Shown here piece after piece: positions 1 through 9,870 of a stretch of DNA of 64,000 bases. This DNA is from an uncultured SAR86 cluster bacterium (GTDB taxonomy: Bacteria; Pseudomonadota; Gammaproteobacteria; Magnimaribacterales; D2472). The stretch's first letter is position 1, and each line of letters opens with the position of its first letter. The notes beneath the pieces are model-generated. The model worked only from the letters and a program-made list of their open reading frames with translations. It was not told the origin of the DNA and made no database searches. The position numbers were made by a program, and so were the translations under genes. Where the stretch lies: contig CABXUO010000002.1 in the NCBI GenBank assembly GCA_902515455.1, forward strand, positions 3,961 to 67,960. Reading direction: 5' to 3'.

Positions 1-791
1 GCAAGCATCCTCTGAATAAAGGATTACTTTTCACTGGAAGCTACAAAGTGGGCAAACAAATCAATAAAATCATGGCTGATTATCCAGAGAAAATAATTGC
101 TTTAGAATTAGGTGGAAATAATCCATTGGTTGTTTGGTCTACTCAAAAAATTAATGCCGCAGTAAATCTTATTTTTGAATCTGCATTTATTTCTTCAGGT
201 CAACGTTGTACTTGTGCTCGTCGTTTGATTCTTCCTAATACTACTAGTGGTAAGAAAATTTTAGCGAAATTGAAACAGAGGGCTCAATCACTTTCCTTTT
301 CAAATAAATCAGACCTTTACTATGGCCCATTAATTTCACCTAAAGCGACCGAGAGATTTTTAAGATTTCAAGATAAGCTTATTACCAAGGGAGCTAAGTT
401 TATTCTAAAGGCAAGAAAAGTTAGAGGGTCATATAATTTAGTGACACCTAGTCTGATTAATATCACAGGTATGAAAAAGTCATTTGATGAAGAAAATTTT
501 GGTCCCATGCTGCAGGTATATTTTGCAGACACTTTTGATGATGCTCTCGCAGAAGCAAATAATACTAAATATGGATTGGCAGCAGGACTTATTTCGGATA
601 ATAAGAAATTGTTCGAAATGTTTACACAAAGAATTAATGCAGGTGTGATCAATTTTAATTCGACTACAACGGGCGCATCTGGAGCCTTCCCATTTGGGGG
701 AATAGGGAGAAGTGGCAACCTCAGACCTGCAGGTTTTTATGCTGCAGACTATTGTGCATGGCCGAAGGCATCAATTATCAAGAAACTATAG
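1..791 (+). CDS. astD: Aldehyde dehydrogenase, C-terminal part (5' end off-window); best read as succinylglutamate-semialdehyde dehydrogenase
   Basis: The frame is open from base 3 (..KHPLNKGLLFTGSYKVGKQ..), so the track's start at 48 is internal. ALDH motifs ELGGNNP and the catalytic-Cys stretch SGQRCTCARR are present. The gene abuts astB. Confidence 0.7.
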   Translation, partial: KHPLNKGLLFTGSYKVGKQINKIMADYPEKIIALELGGNNPLVVWSTQKINAAVNLIFESAFISSGQRCTCARRLILPNTTSGKKILAKLKQRAQSLSFSNKSDLYYGPLISPKATERFLRFQDKLITKGAKFILKARKVRGSYNLVTPSLINITGMKKSFDEENFGPMLQVYFADTFDDALAEANNTKYGLAAGLISDNKKLFEMFTQRINAGVINFNSTTTGASGAFPFGGIGRSGNLRPAGFYAADYCAWPKASIIKKL

Positions 792-2117
792 ATGACTTTT
801 TCAGGAGAGATAAATTTTGATGGTCTAATTGGACCAACTCACAACTATGCTGGCTTATCTCAAGGTAATTTAGCATCACAAAAACATTTCAATAAAACAT
901 CAAATCCTCAAGCTGCAGCATTGCAGGGCCTAGATAAAATGCGACTTATTATGGATCAAGGGATTCCACAGGGATTTTTCTTGCCTCATGAGCGTCCGCA
1001 CTTAAAAACTCTTAGAGTCCTTGGTTTTGACGGAACAGATGAAGAGATAATTAATAGAGCAGCGAAACAAAATCCTATTTTATTAAAAAATGTTTATTCT
1101 GCCTCATCAATGTGGGCAGCTAATGCAGCAACATTTTCTCCCAGTATTGATAGCTTTGATCAAAATATTCATATTACTCCAGCTAATTTAAATACTATGT
1201 TCCACCGTTCCATTGAGCATGAATTTACAAAGGCTCAATTAGAACTTATTTTTGGAGATGTTGCTGAAGTGCATGATCCATTTATAAATATTTCAGGGTA
1301 TGGTGACGAGGGTGCTGCAAATCATCTGAGGTTATGTGAGCAGCATCTCAAACCAGGCTTTCAGATTTTTGTCTATGGAAGCTCTGCATTCGAAGTTCAC
1401 CAAGGCATGATCGCTCGTCAAGCAGAAGAAATTTCTAAAGCAATTTCAGTCACGCATCAACTTGATCCTGATAGAGCACTATTTTTAAAACAAAATGAAC
1501 AAGCTATTAGTGCAGGCAGTTTTCATAATGACATTGTTAGCCTTGCCAATGAAGAGGTTTTTATTTTTCATCAAGAAGCATTTGCAGACAGGATTGAATT
1601 AGAAAGAATATTGCATCATCTTAAGGACCATGTGAAAGGCTTTCATCCCATTGAAATTTTCTCTGAAGATATTTCTCTCGATGATCTTGTATCCAGTTAT
1701 TTACTTAACTCGCAATTAATTACCGTAAAGAATAACGAGATGATGATGTTGCTACCAAAAGAAGTTCAAAATCACTCTAACTGTATGCGATGGCTAGAAG
1801 AAATAAAATCTTCCTCACCCATAAAGCATATTGAATTTGTTGATATCCTACAAAGCATGATGAATGGAGGAGGGCCAGCATGCTTACGGTTTAAAATCAC
1901 AGTCAATAATGATGAGTTGAACCAGATCAATGAAAAATTTTTGCTTACACCAAAAAAACTTATGGATTTAAGAGCGCTTGTGACCAAACATTATCGGGAC
2001 AAACTCAATCCAGCAGACTTGCTAGATAATAATCTAGTTCAAGAGTCTTATAGATTTTTGGATGAGTTAACTCAATTATTAGATCTGGGTAATGTCTATG
2101 ATTTTCAAAAGCTTTAA
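792..2117 (+). CDS. astB: N-succinylarginine dihydrolase
   Basis: 441 aa. The N-terminus EINFDGLIGPTHNYAGLSQGNLAS is the characteristic AstB opening, and the length is typical. It directly follows astD. Confidence 0.9.
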   Translation: MTFSGEINFDGLIGPTHNYAGLSQGNLASQKHFNKTSNPQAAALQGLDKMRLIMDQGIPQGFFLPHERPHLKTLRVLGFDGTDEEIINRAAKQNPILLKNVYSASSMWAANAATFSPSIDSFDQNIHITPANLNTMFHRSIEHEFTKAQLELIFGDVAEVHDPFINISGYGDEGAANHLRLCEQHLKPGFQIFVYGSSAFEVHQGMIARQAEEISKAISVTHQLDPDRALFLKQNEQAISAGSFHNDIVSLANEEVFIFHQEAFADRIELERILHHLKDHVKGFHPIEIFSEDISLDDLVSSYLLNSQLITVKNNEMMMLLPKEVQNHSNCMRWLEEIKSSSPIKHIEFVDILQSMMNGGGPACLRFKITVNNDELNQINEKFLLTPKKLMDLRALVTKHYRDKLNPADLLDNNLVQESYRFLDELTQLLDLGNVYDFQKL

Positions 2118-2118
2118 T

Positions 2119-2967
2119 CTAGTTTGCAGATGGAAAGCTTTGATTTTTGCGGGGGACTCTTCGCATTAGGAATATCATAAAAGGAATTGTTACTGGAGCT
2201 GCCAATAAAATTGAAAATACCCCTAAAAAAAAGATTAATTGCTGAATAATATCAGTAGATTTGGGAGGTGACTTATGGGGTTCAAAAAATTTACCAGAGT
2301 ATAAATGAGGATAATCCTCAAATCTTTTTTGCATTATCCCAATCCAATTTCTTATACTTTCTAATCTGTCATCATTTTCAAGAGAAAATAGGGGCGGCAC
2401 AGGAATGCTAGAGTGACATTGGATAACTCCAAATAAAAGCATATCCCTGATACCAGGTTCTTCTCCGTCAATGAATTGTTCTTTTGAGGTTTTGAGTTTT
2501 TCCTCCCAACATATGAATTGATCACCATGATTTTTTGGATCTTTTGGATTTAGTTTAAATTTTACAAAATTTATTAATAAAAACATGTAACAAGCTATAA
2601 AACTTAAAATGAAATTATTTGCAGAACGTAACATTAAAGATGATGATGAATCTCCAGCTTTTGAAAAGGCTGAAAAAAAACGCATTGGATTATTTGGTCT
2701 GTGTTGAACACCCAACCAGGTATCCTGAATTGCCTTTAGGTCATTTGAAGAAATTGGCTTAAGGCCAATTTTTACCATGATCTCTGATGATTCGGTTTCC
2801 CATGCCTCATCATTTATAGAAACCGCTGGCATGTATACTCCCCACTTTTTGAAAATCTCAAGCGGGGGGCTTCTGTATAAAGTATGCTCAATTTTTTTAT
2901 CATGCAGTGCAAGTAAAACAGCTTGAACCCAGGGTGAGTGATTGAAGCCATAAACTTTTACATTCAT
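2119..2967 (-). CDS. GST-like protein with hydrophobic insertion and C-terminal membrane tail (hypothetical)
   Basis: 282 aa. GST_N-like start VYGFNHSPWVQAVLLAL, an internal hydrophobic helix FILSFIACYMFLLINFV, and a C-terminal hydrophobic tail LIFFLGVFSILLAAPVTIPFMIFLM. The family call is by eye only. Confidence 0.4.
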   Translation of the reverse strand: MNVKVYGFNHSPWVQAVLLALHDKKIEHTLYRSPPLEIFKKWGVYMPAVSINDEAWETESSEIMVKIGLKPISSNDLKAIQDTWLGVQHRPNNPMRFFSAFSKAGDSSSSLMLRSANNFILSFIACYMFLLINFVKFKLNPKDPKNHGDQFICWEEKLKTSKEQFIDGEEPGIRDMLLFGVIQCHSSIPVPPLFSLENDDRLESIRNWIGIMQKRFEDYPHLYSGKFFEPHKSPPKSTDIIQQLIFFLGVFSILLAAPVTIPFMIFLMRRVPRKNQSFPSAN

Positions 2968-3063
2968 TTGATTTGAGAAATAATTTCAAAGTTGAATTTG
3001 ATAATAAGAATACCTTTATATTAAATCAATATATTTCTGCACTCCGATAAGTTTTTTAGCAAG

Positions 3064-3096
3064 TTAGTCATAAGTAAATTCTTAATTTATGACTAA
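3064..3096. promoter_or_regulatory. Perfect 10-bp inverted repeat (TTAGTCATAA-N13-TTATGACTAA), candidate operator in a divergent promoter region
   Basis: Arms at 3064-3073 and 3087-3096 are exact reverse complements. The repeat lies 56 nt upstream of the ATG at 3152, inside the 184-nt divergent intergenic region. Confidence 0.3.
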
Positions 3097-3151
3097 TAAT
3101 CTTCTTATTTGATAGAATCTTAGTTCTGATTTTATCTAACTTATAGATTGA

Positions 3152-4981
3152 ATGTTTAGGGGAGGGATAATTTTGTTTAAAAGAGTTATAGAGTTTTTTC
3201 GAGTTTTAGGCGAACTGAGATATCTAATCCCAGTTATGCGTTACAAATTCCCAGATCCAGATGACCCAGCCTCCCTAGCTCATACTTTTCAAGACACAAC
3301 AAATAGATTTGCTGAAAGACCATTTTTATATTTTGAAGATGAAATGTGGACTTATGCTGATACTAATAAAGCAGCAAACATTTTAGCAACTTATCTCACT
3401 TCAACTGGAGTAAAGCATGGCGAAAGAATTGTTCTATTTATGGAAAATCGTCCCAGTTTTGTTATTTCTTTATTGGCACTAAATAAGATTGGTGCAATAG
3501 CTGTGCTAATTAATACAAGCTTAACCGGAGACCCATTAATTCACTGTATCAATTCATCAGATTCTGTTAAATGTATTGTAGGAGCAGAGCAAGCTGATGC
3601 ATTAGAGGATGTGTTAGACCAAATTAATATAACAAAACAAGAGGATTTTTTATGGTCAAAGGATACTGATCAGTATTCTCTTCCAGATTGGGCTATTGAT
3701 TTGCAAGCTCAGCTTGATAATTCTAATGATAAAAACTTAGATGAGACTAATTCAGTTAAAGCTAAGGATGTCGCTTGCTATATTTTTACATCTGGAACTA
3801 CAGGTGTTCCTAAGGCAGCAATATGTCCCAATCAGAAGCTAATAGCGGCTTCAATTAATATAAAGATGGCAGGATATAGAATTAATGAAAAAGATTGTAT
3901 GCATAATAGCCTTCCCTTATATCACTCAACTGGATTAATGCTTGGTCTTTGTGCTGTAGTTCAAGCCGGAGCTTCTACCTTTATTAAAAGAAAATTTTCA
4001 GCAACTTCTTTCTGGGATGAAGTGCAGAAATATAATACTACTGCACTTGTTTATATTGGCGAACTTTGCAGATATTTAGCCAACTCAGAGTCGAGACAGG
4101 CTGAGCAAAATAATCCTTTAAAAGTAATGGTTGGTAATGGCTTGAGGCCAGATGTATGGGATACATTTAAAGATAGATTTCAGGTCAATAGAATTGTCGA
4201 AATATATGGCGCGAGTGAGGGCAATGCTCTATTTATGAATTTGTTAAATAAAAACAAAACAATTGGCATGACAAATGCTGATGTCGCTCTCATTGAGTAT
4301 GATGTTGCTGAGGATGAAGTTTTAAAAACTGATGATGGCTTTTGTAAGAGAATATTGAATCATGATCCAGGTCTTTTGATTGTTAGAATTGGTCCGAATG
4401 CCGTTTTTAATGGATACACTGATGCGCAAGCTACAGAAAAGAAGATTTTAAGGAATGTTTTTGATGAGGGAGACGCATGGTTTAACACTGGAGATTTAAT
4501 CAAAACAGTTGATGTGGGCTATTCTCTTGGTAAAACGCACTATCAATTTGTTGACCGAATAGGAGATACGTTTAGATGGAAATCAGAAAATGTTTCAACC
4601 AATGAGATTGGTGAAATATTAAATGGATATAAAGATGTAAATATGTCAAATGTATATGGTGTTCAAATTCCAGGTTGTGAGGGTAGAGCGGGAATGGCTG
4701 CATTTAGCCTGGAAGATGCCGAGACTTTTGATTGGCAAGCTTTCTCTGATTATGTTGAAAATAGTCTTCCTAAATATGCTCGTCCTTTGTTCATTAGAAT
4801 TATCCAAGAGATGGACACTACCGGAACCTTTAAGTTAAAGAAAAATGATCTTAGAAACGAAGCATTTGATATTGGCAAGGTTTCTGATCCAATTTATTGT
4901 CTAAAACCTAACTCTAGTAATTATGTAGCTCTAGATAATGAATGGCTCCAAACTATAAATTCAGAGCAAGCAGGTTATTAG
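3152..4981 (+). CDS. FATP / very-long-chain-type acyl-CoA synthetase (FadD6-like)
   Basis: 609 aa. AMP-binding signature YIFTSGTTGVPKAA, and the later block GDLIKTVDVGY..YQFVDRIGDTFRWKSENVST typical of the FATP subfamily. Confidence 0.8.
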   Translation: MFRGGIILFKRVIEFFRVLGELRYLIPVMRYKFPDPDDPASLAHTFQDTTNRFAERPFLYFEDEMWTYADTNKAANILATYLTSTGVKHGERIVLFMENRPSFVISLLALNKIGAIAVLINTSLTGDPLIHCINSSDSVKCIVGAEQADALEDVLDQINITKQEDFLWSKDTDQYSLPDWAIDLQAQLDNSNDKNLDETNSVKAKDVACYIFTSGTTGVPKAAICPNQKLIAASINIKMAGYRINEKDCMHNSLPLYHSTGLMLGLCAVVQAGASTFIKRKFSATSFWDEVQKYNTTALVYIGELCRYLANSESRQAEQNNPLKVMVGNGLRPDVWDTFKDRFQVNRIVEIYGASEGNALFMNLLNKNKTIGMTNADVALIEYDVAEDEVLKTDDGFCKRILNHDPGLLIVRIGPNAVFNGYTDAQATEKKILRNVFDEGDAWFNTGDLIKTVDVGYSLGKTHYQFVDRIGDTFRWKSENVSTNEIGEILNGYKDVNMSNVYGVQIPGCEGRAGMAAFSLEDAETFDWQAFSDYVENSLPKYARPLFIRIIQEMDTTGTFKLKKNDLRNEAFDIGKVSDPIYCLKPNSSNYVALDNEWLQTINSEQAGY

Positions 4982-5003
4982 ATAAATATTTTGTGGAGAT
5001 CTT

Positions 5004-6179
5004 ATGAGTGATAAGAATTTTGATGTTGTTGTCTATGGTGCTTCAGGTTTTACAGGAAAACTAGTGGTTGAGTATTTGCATCAGCGATACGGAGATGATC
5101 AAAGTTTTTCTTGGGCTTTAGCTGGAAGAAGTCAGGAAAAACTTACCTCAGTTAGAGATGAACTCGGTATATCAAAAGATGTCCCAGTGTTAATAGTGGA
5201 CAGTAACGATGAAAGCAGTGTAATTGAAATGATAAGTCAAACTAAATGTGTCCTAACAACTGTAGGCCCTTATCAGCTCTATGGCCAAAATATTATCAAA
5301 CAATGCGCTCAACATGGCACTGATTATGTTGATTTATGTGGTGAACCTGGTTGGATGCATGAGATGATCAATGAATATTCCAAACAAGCTGAAGAAATGG
5401 GAGCAAGAATTGTTTTTTCATGTGGTTTTGACAGCATTCCTTTTGACCTGGGTGTCTTTTTTCTGCAAAAAGAAGTCATAGCTAAGCATGGCAAACCTGC
5501 TTCTAGTATCAGGGGAAGAGTGCGGGCGATGAATGGTGAGTTCTCTGGAGGAACCGCAGCCTCTCTTGGCGCCACCATGGCTTCACTCAAAAAGAAGCCA
5601 GAATTATTTGAAGTGCTAGCAAATCCATTTGCGTTATCTAACGGATTCGTGGGACCTGGACAACCTAGAGACCATAAGCCTATTTTTGATGAAAAATTAG
5701 AAACCTGGGTAGCACCTTTTTTTATGGCTCCAATTAACACAAAGAATGTTCACAGATCAAATATGCTTATGGATCATATGTATGGAGAAGATTTCTGTTA
5801 TAACGAGATGTGGATTCAGGGTCCAGGCGAAGAAGGCAAAGCGGCTGCAGAATTTGTTAGCAAAATTAATCCTTTGGCTGATGCACCTGAGCCAGGAGAG
5901 GGACCATCAAGAGAGTCCAGAGAAAATGGTAATTATGATGTTTTATTTTGTGCAGATTTGGATGATGGCTCAGAAGTGCATGCATCAGTTGCAGGAGATC
6001 TAGACCCTGGCTACGGATCCACTTCTAAGATGATTGCTGAAAGTGCAATTTGTTTAGTCAAAGAGTGCTTTGATCTTAAAGGAGGCATATATACGCCAGC
6101 ACCTTCAATGGGTGAAAACTTAATAACAAGATTAGAAGCAAATGCTGGACTTATATTTAAAATAGAAAAAAATGCATGA
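5004..6179 (+). CDS. Saccharopine-dehydrogenase-like NAD(P) oxidoreductase (trans-acting enoyl-reductase-like family)
   Basis: 391 aa. N-terminal Rossmann motif VVVYGASGFTGKLVVEYL. Length and the overall pattern match this family as I remember it. Confidence 0.65.
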   Translation: MSDKNFDVVVYGASGFTGKLVVEYLHQRYGDDQSFSWALAGRSQEKLTSVRDELGISKDVPVLIVDSNDESSVIEMISQTKCVLTTVGPYQLYGQNIIKQCAQHGTDYVDLCGEPGWMHEMINEYSKQAEEMGARIVFSCGFDSIPFDLGVFFLQKEVIAKHGKPASSIRGRVRAMNGEFSGGTAASLGATMASLKKKPELFEVLANPFALSNGFVGPGQPRDHKPIFDEKLETWVAPFFMAPINTKNVHRSNMLMDHMYGEDFCYNEMWIQGPGEEGKAAAEFVSKINPLADAPEPGEGPSRESRENGNYDVLFCADLDDGSEVHASVAGDLDPGYGSTSKMIAESAICLVKECFDLKGGIYTPAPSMGENLITRLEANAGLIFKIEKNA

Positions 6180-7099
6180 ATAGAGTTTCTGAAATCTTGG
6201 GTGTTAAATATCCAATTATTCAAGCTCCCATGGGCTGGATTGCAAGAAGTCAGTTAGCTGCTGCTGTTTCCAATGCTGGAGGATTTGGAATAATAGAAAC
6301 ATCATCGGGAGAGACTGAAAACTGTAAAGCTGAAATTCTTGCAATGGCAGAGCTAACTGATAAACCATTTGGAGTGAACTTACCTTTAATGTTTCTGAGA
6401 GATGAAAGCATGATTGAGTTAGTTCTTGAACAAGGAATTAAGTTTGTTACAACTTCTGCTGGAGATCCTGGAAAATACATTCATATTTTAAAAGATGCTG
6501 GAATAAAAGTTTTTCATGCTGTGCCGAGCGTTGCTGGAGCAATAAAAGCGGTGGATGCAGGAGTAGATGGCCTGGTTATTGAAGGAACCGAGGGCGGTGG
6601 ATTTAAGAGTCCAGAGGAAGTCGGCTTAATAGTCTTAATTCAGGCGATAAGAAAACATACAAATTTACCAATTGTTGCAGCAGGTGGGATAGTTGATGGA
6701 ATAGGAATGGCAGCTGCATTTGCTGCAGGAGCCGAGGGCATTCAAATGGGAACAAGATTTGTATCTTCAAAAGAAAGCCCAGTTCATGACAACTTTAAGA
6801 ACTCAATTCTTGCTTCAAATGAGCAGGGAACATGGATACTAAATAAAAAATCTAAGCCATGTATTCGAGCGTTAAAAACTGATTTTACTTCAAAAATTCA
6901 TGAATCAGGGATTATGGAAATGACAGATATGATGAGGATTCAAGATCTTTATTTTGATGGTGATATGAACGCAGCACCAGCCCTTACTGGACAATCAGCT
7001 GGTTTAATTGATCAAGTGAAATCAGTATCAAACATCATCGAAGAAACCATACTAGAATTTAATGAGACATGTAAAAAAATGTCTTCGCAACAATTTTAG
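6176..7099 (+). CDS. Nitronate monooxygenase / FabK-like FMN oxidoreductase (NMO family), copy 1
   Basis: 307 aa. Motifs YPIIQAPMGWIA, AAVSNAGGFG, EGTEGGGF and AAGGIVDG. ATGA overlap with the upstream gene. Confidence 0.8.
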   Translation: MNRVSEILGVKYPIIQAPMGWIARSQLAAAVSNAGGFGIIETSSGETENCKAEILAMAELTDKPFGVNLPLMFLRDESMIELVLEQGIKFVTTSAGDPGKYIHILKDAGIKVFHAVPSVAGAIKAVDAGVDGLVIEGTEGGGFKSPEEVGLIVLIQAIRKHTNLPIVAAGGIVDGIGMAAAFAAGAEGIQMGTRFVSSKESPVHDNFKNSILASNEQGTWILNKKSKPCIRALKTDFTSKIHESGIMEMTDMMRIQDLYFDGDMNAAPALTGQSAGLIDQVKSVSNIIEETILEFNETCKKMSSQQF

Positions 7100-7101
7100 T
7101 T

Positions 7102-8148
7102 ATGAAAAGTTTGAATCCGATTCCAATAGTTGGCAACCCTGCGTCACCATATACCAGAAAAATGTTGGCACTAATGAGGTATCGAAGGATTCCTTATGCA
7201 GTTGAGTGGGGAGATCCAAGAGCCTTGATAAAGAAGATGGGCTTGGAAGAACCAAAACCAATACTGCTTCCAGTTCTTGTATTTAATATTGATGGAAAGA
7301 ACAGAGCAATAACAGATTCAACACCCATTATTCGCAATTTAGAGAACGAATTTTCTGTAAGAAGGGTTATACCTTCTGATCCAAAATTAAATTTTTTAAA
7401 TTATGTGCTTGAAGATTTTGGCGATGAATGGGTAACTAAATATATGTTTCACTATAGATGGCATTTTGAAGATGATATTGAAAAGGCTGGGACTGTTTTA
7501 CCTCTTATGCACGATGTAAGTCTTGAAAATAAAAGTCATTTAGAATTTAAAAAATATTTTTCTGAATTACAGACAAGCCGTTTATGGGTTGTTGGCTCAA
7601 ATAATAAGACTGCTCCTATCATTGAAGAGAGTTACAAAAGATTTCTTAACCAACTTGAGACTTGTCTATCTATAAATCCTTTTTTATTCGGAAAGCGTCC
7701 ATCTTCCTCTGACTTCGCAATTTATGGTCAGCTGACTCAGTTAATTGGTTTTGATCCTACATCTAGTGCTATCGCGCACAATATTTCTCCTCGAGCTATA
7801 TCTTGGATAGACCAAATGGAGGACTTAAGTGGACTGAATGTTCATGAAGAGGATTGGATAACTTTTGAACAGGCAGAAAGAAATCTTTCTAATATTTTTG
7901 AAGAAATTGGTACAGTTTATATGCCTGCATTATTAGCTAATTCAAATGCTATTAATCAAAATGAAAAAACTTGGACAGCTAACATTGACGGAGCTGAATG
8001 GAATCAGAAAAGTTTTCCATATCAAGCAAAATGCTTGCAATGGATAAATAATGAGTTTGAAGTTTTGGGTAAAGATGATCAGGAGGATATCCTAAACTTT
8101 TTAAGAAATACTGGATGTAGCGATTTAATTTTAGGGAGGAAAAAATGA
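7102..8148 (+). CDS. Glutathione S-transferase-like protein (long, 348 aa)
   Basis: GST_N-like [22 protein letters not shown] and GST_C-like [14 protein letters not shown]. Starts 2 nt after the upstream stop. Confidence 0.55.
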   Translation: MKSLNPIPIVGNPASPYTRKMLALMRYRRIPYAVEWGDPRALIKKMGLEEPKPILLPVLVFNIDGKNRAITDSTPIIRNLENEFSVRRVIPSDPKLNFLNYVLEDFGDEWVTKYMFHYRWHFEDDIEKAGTVLPLMHDVSLENKSHLEFKKYFSELQTSRLWVVGSNNKTAPIIEESYKRFLNQLETCLSINPFLFGKRPSSSDFAIYGQLTQLIGFDPTSSAIAHNISPRAISWIDQMEDLSGLNVHEEDWITFEQAERNLSNIFEEIGTVYMPALLANSNAINQNEKTWTANIDGAEWNQKSFPYQAKCLQWINNEFEVLGKDDQEDILNFLRNTGCSDLILGRKK

Positions 8149-8828
8149 TTGATTTTTATACTGCACCAACACCAAATGGTCATAAAGTGTCATGTACCTT
8201 AGAGGCTATGGAATTAGAATATGAGACACATGTCATTAATTTAATGGAAAATGAGCAAAAAAAACCAGAGTTTTTGGCGATCAGCCCAAATGGAAGAATC
8301 CCTGCCATCGTAGATAGAGATGCAGACAATCTTTCAATTTTTGAGTCAGGTGCAATTATGATCTATCTCGCTGAAAAAACAGGCAAACTTATGCCCAAAA
8401 ATCTTAATGAAAAAGCTAAAGTGCTTGAATGGGTGATGTTCCAAATGGGAGGAGTTGGTCCAATGATGGGACAAGCCAATGTTTTTTTTAGATATTTCCC
8501 TGAAAAAATTCAACCGGCAATAGATCGTTATCAAAATGAAGGTAGAAGACTGTTTGAGGTTTTGGACACTCACTTAGCTAAACAAGATTGGCTGGCAAAG
8601 GACTACTCGATAGCAGATATTGCTAATTGGTGTTGGGTAAGGACTTATAAATGGTCAGGAATCTCTATTGAGGGTCTTAATAACTTAGAGAGGTGGATGA
8701 AGGCCATGTATGATCAACCGGGAATGAGTAAAGGTCTAGAAGTTCCTATAAAAATGGAACGTTTGTTAGACGATGACAAAAAGGCTAAAGAATTTGCAAA
8801 AAATGCAGAGAAAATGGTTAAAAAATAA
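8145..8828 (+). CDS. Nu-class glutathione S-transferase (YfcG-like)
   Basis: 227 aa. [46 protein letters not shown] closely follows E. coli YfcG as I recall it. ATGA overlap with the upstream gene. Confidence 0.8.
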   Translation: MIDFYTAPTPNGHKVSCTLEAMELEYETHVINLMENEQKKPEFLAISPNGRIPAIVDRDADNLSIFESGAIMIYLAEKTGKLMPKNLNEKAKVLEWVMFQMGGVGPMMGQANVFFRYFPEKIQPAIDRYQNEGRRLFEVLDTHLAKQDWLAKDYSIADIANWCWVRTYKWSGISIEGLNNLERWMKAMYDQPGMSKGLEVPIKMERLLDDDKKAKEFAKNAEKMVKK

Positions 8829-8840
8829 AGAGGATAAATT

Positions 8841-9455
8841 ATGTTGAAAGTTCATTTTGTTGCCGGCACTAGGGCAGGTCGAGTTGTTTGGCTGCTAGAA
8901 GAGTTGGGATTGGAGTATGAAGTAAATATTATGCCTTTCACCAAAGAGGGTCTTAAATCTTCAGAGCACAGGGCAAGACATGCATTAGGGAGAGTTCCAG
9001 TATTAGAAGACGGAGATATTTCAATTTTTGAATCTGGTGCCATAATTGATTATGTTCTTGAGAGACATAAAAATGGAGGGTTGAAGCCTAGTTCTGATGC
9101 TCCCGAGTTCCCTTTTTATCTTCAGTGGTATCACTACTGTGAGGGCATGGTAATGCCCCCAATGAATCAGATTGTTGTTCAAACAATCTTATTGCCTCCT
9201 GATAGAAGAGATGAGACTGTCTTAAATCAAGCAAAAAATCTTCTTACAAAATCCTTAGCTCCAGTGAATGAGAATTTAGCTAATAAAGATTATCTGATCG
9301 GAGATTTTTCGGCCGCAGATATAATGCTTGGGCATTCATGCTTTATGGCTAATAGGCTGGGATGTGTAAATGATGAAATGTTAAATATAAAAGATTATGT
9401 TGCGAGGATTGCTGACAGATCAGCATTTCAAAAAGCAATTACCATGGGAGAGTAA
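8841..9455 (+). CDS. Glutathione S-transferase
   Basis: 204 aa. G-site pattern [24 protein letters not shown], followed by a GST_C-like C-terminal half. Confidence 0.75.
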   Translation: MLKVHFVAGTRAGRVVWLLEELGLEYEVNIMPFTKEGLKSSEHRARHALGRVPVLEDGDISIFESGAIIDYVLERHKNGGLKPSSDAPEFPFYLQWYHYCEGMVMPPMNQIVVQTILLPPDRRDETVLNQAKNLLTKSLAPVNENLANKDYLIGDFSAADIMLGHSCFMANRLGCVNDEMLNIKDYVARIADRSAFQKAITMGE

Positions 9456-9456
9456 T

Positions 9457-9870
9457 ATGGAAGTTAAAAATATGCTTATACCCAATCAAACACAAATGGA
9501 TGAATTTCTTGAGGAAGCAACAGATGCTCCAATATCAATGGTAAATCTTCTTAAGTTTAAAGATAAAGCAGAGTATGAAGATGGAAGGAAAACAGATTTG
9601 ACAGGCAAAGAAGCTTACTCAATTTATGCAATCGAAGTGGTCAATCATTTAAATAAAGTAGGAGCTGAAATTATTTTTGGTGGAGAGGTCAGTCGATTGA
9701 TGCTTGGAGAGGTCGAAGATCTCTGGGATAGCGTTGCTATTGCAAGATATCCAAGCAGAAAAGCCATGCTTGAAATGATGATGGATAAAGATTATCAAGA
9801 GAGTGAAAAACATCGATCGGCTGGTCTTGAGGGCCAACTGAATATTGAAACCATTGAGGCGGGCCTTTGA
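9457..9870 (+). CDS. DUF1330-like small protein (dimeric alpha/beta-barrel type), cytoplasmic copy
   Basis: ATG at 9457 lies 1 nt after the GST stop and is preceded by GGGAGAG. The track's start at 9397 would overlap the GST. VNLLKFKDKAEYEDG..ARYPSRKAMLEM resembles DUF1330 from memory. Confidence 0.6.
   Translation: MEVKNMLIPNQTQMDEFLEEATDAPISMVNLLKFKDKAEYEDGRKTDLTGKEAYSIYAIEVVNHLNKVGAEIIFGGEVSRLMLGEVEDLWDSVAIARYPSRKAMLEMMMDKDYQESEKHRSAGLEGQLNIETIEAGL

Noticed and set aside
368-718. Antisense or alternate-frame ORFs of 60-140 aa inside well-supported genes. Examples: 368-718(-), 5324-5740(-), 4650-4838(+), 5746-6003(+), 21743-22021(+), 22205-22420(+), 28508-29046(-), 31753-32055(-), 50339-50653(-), 58906-59220(-), 61141-61488(-).
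   Set aside because: Each lies entirely within a longer ORF that has clear family motifs. Their translations are low-complexity or motif-free, and none has its own intergenic space. I treat them as shadow ORFs.
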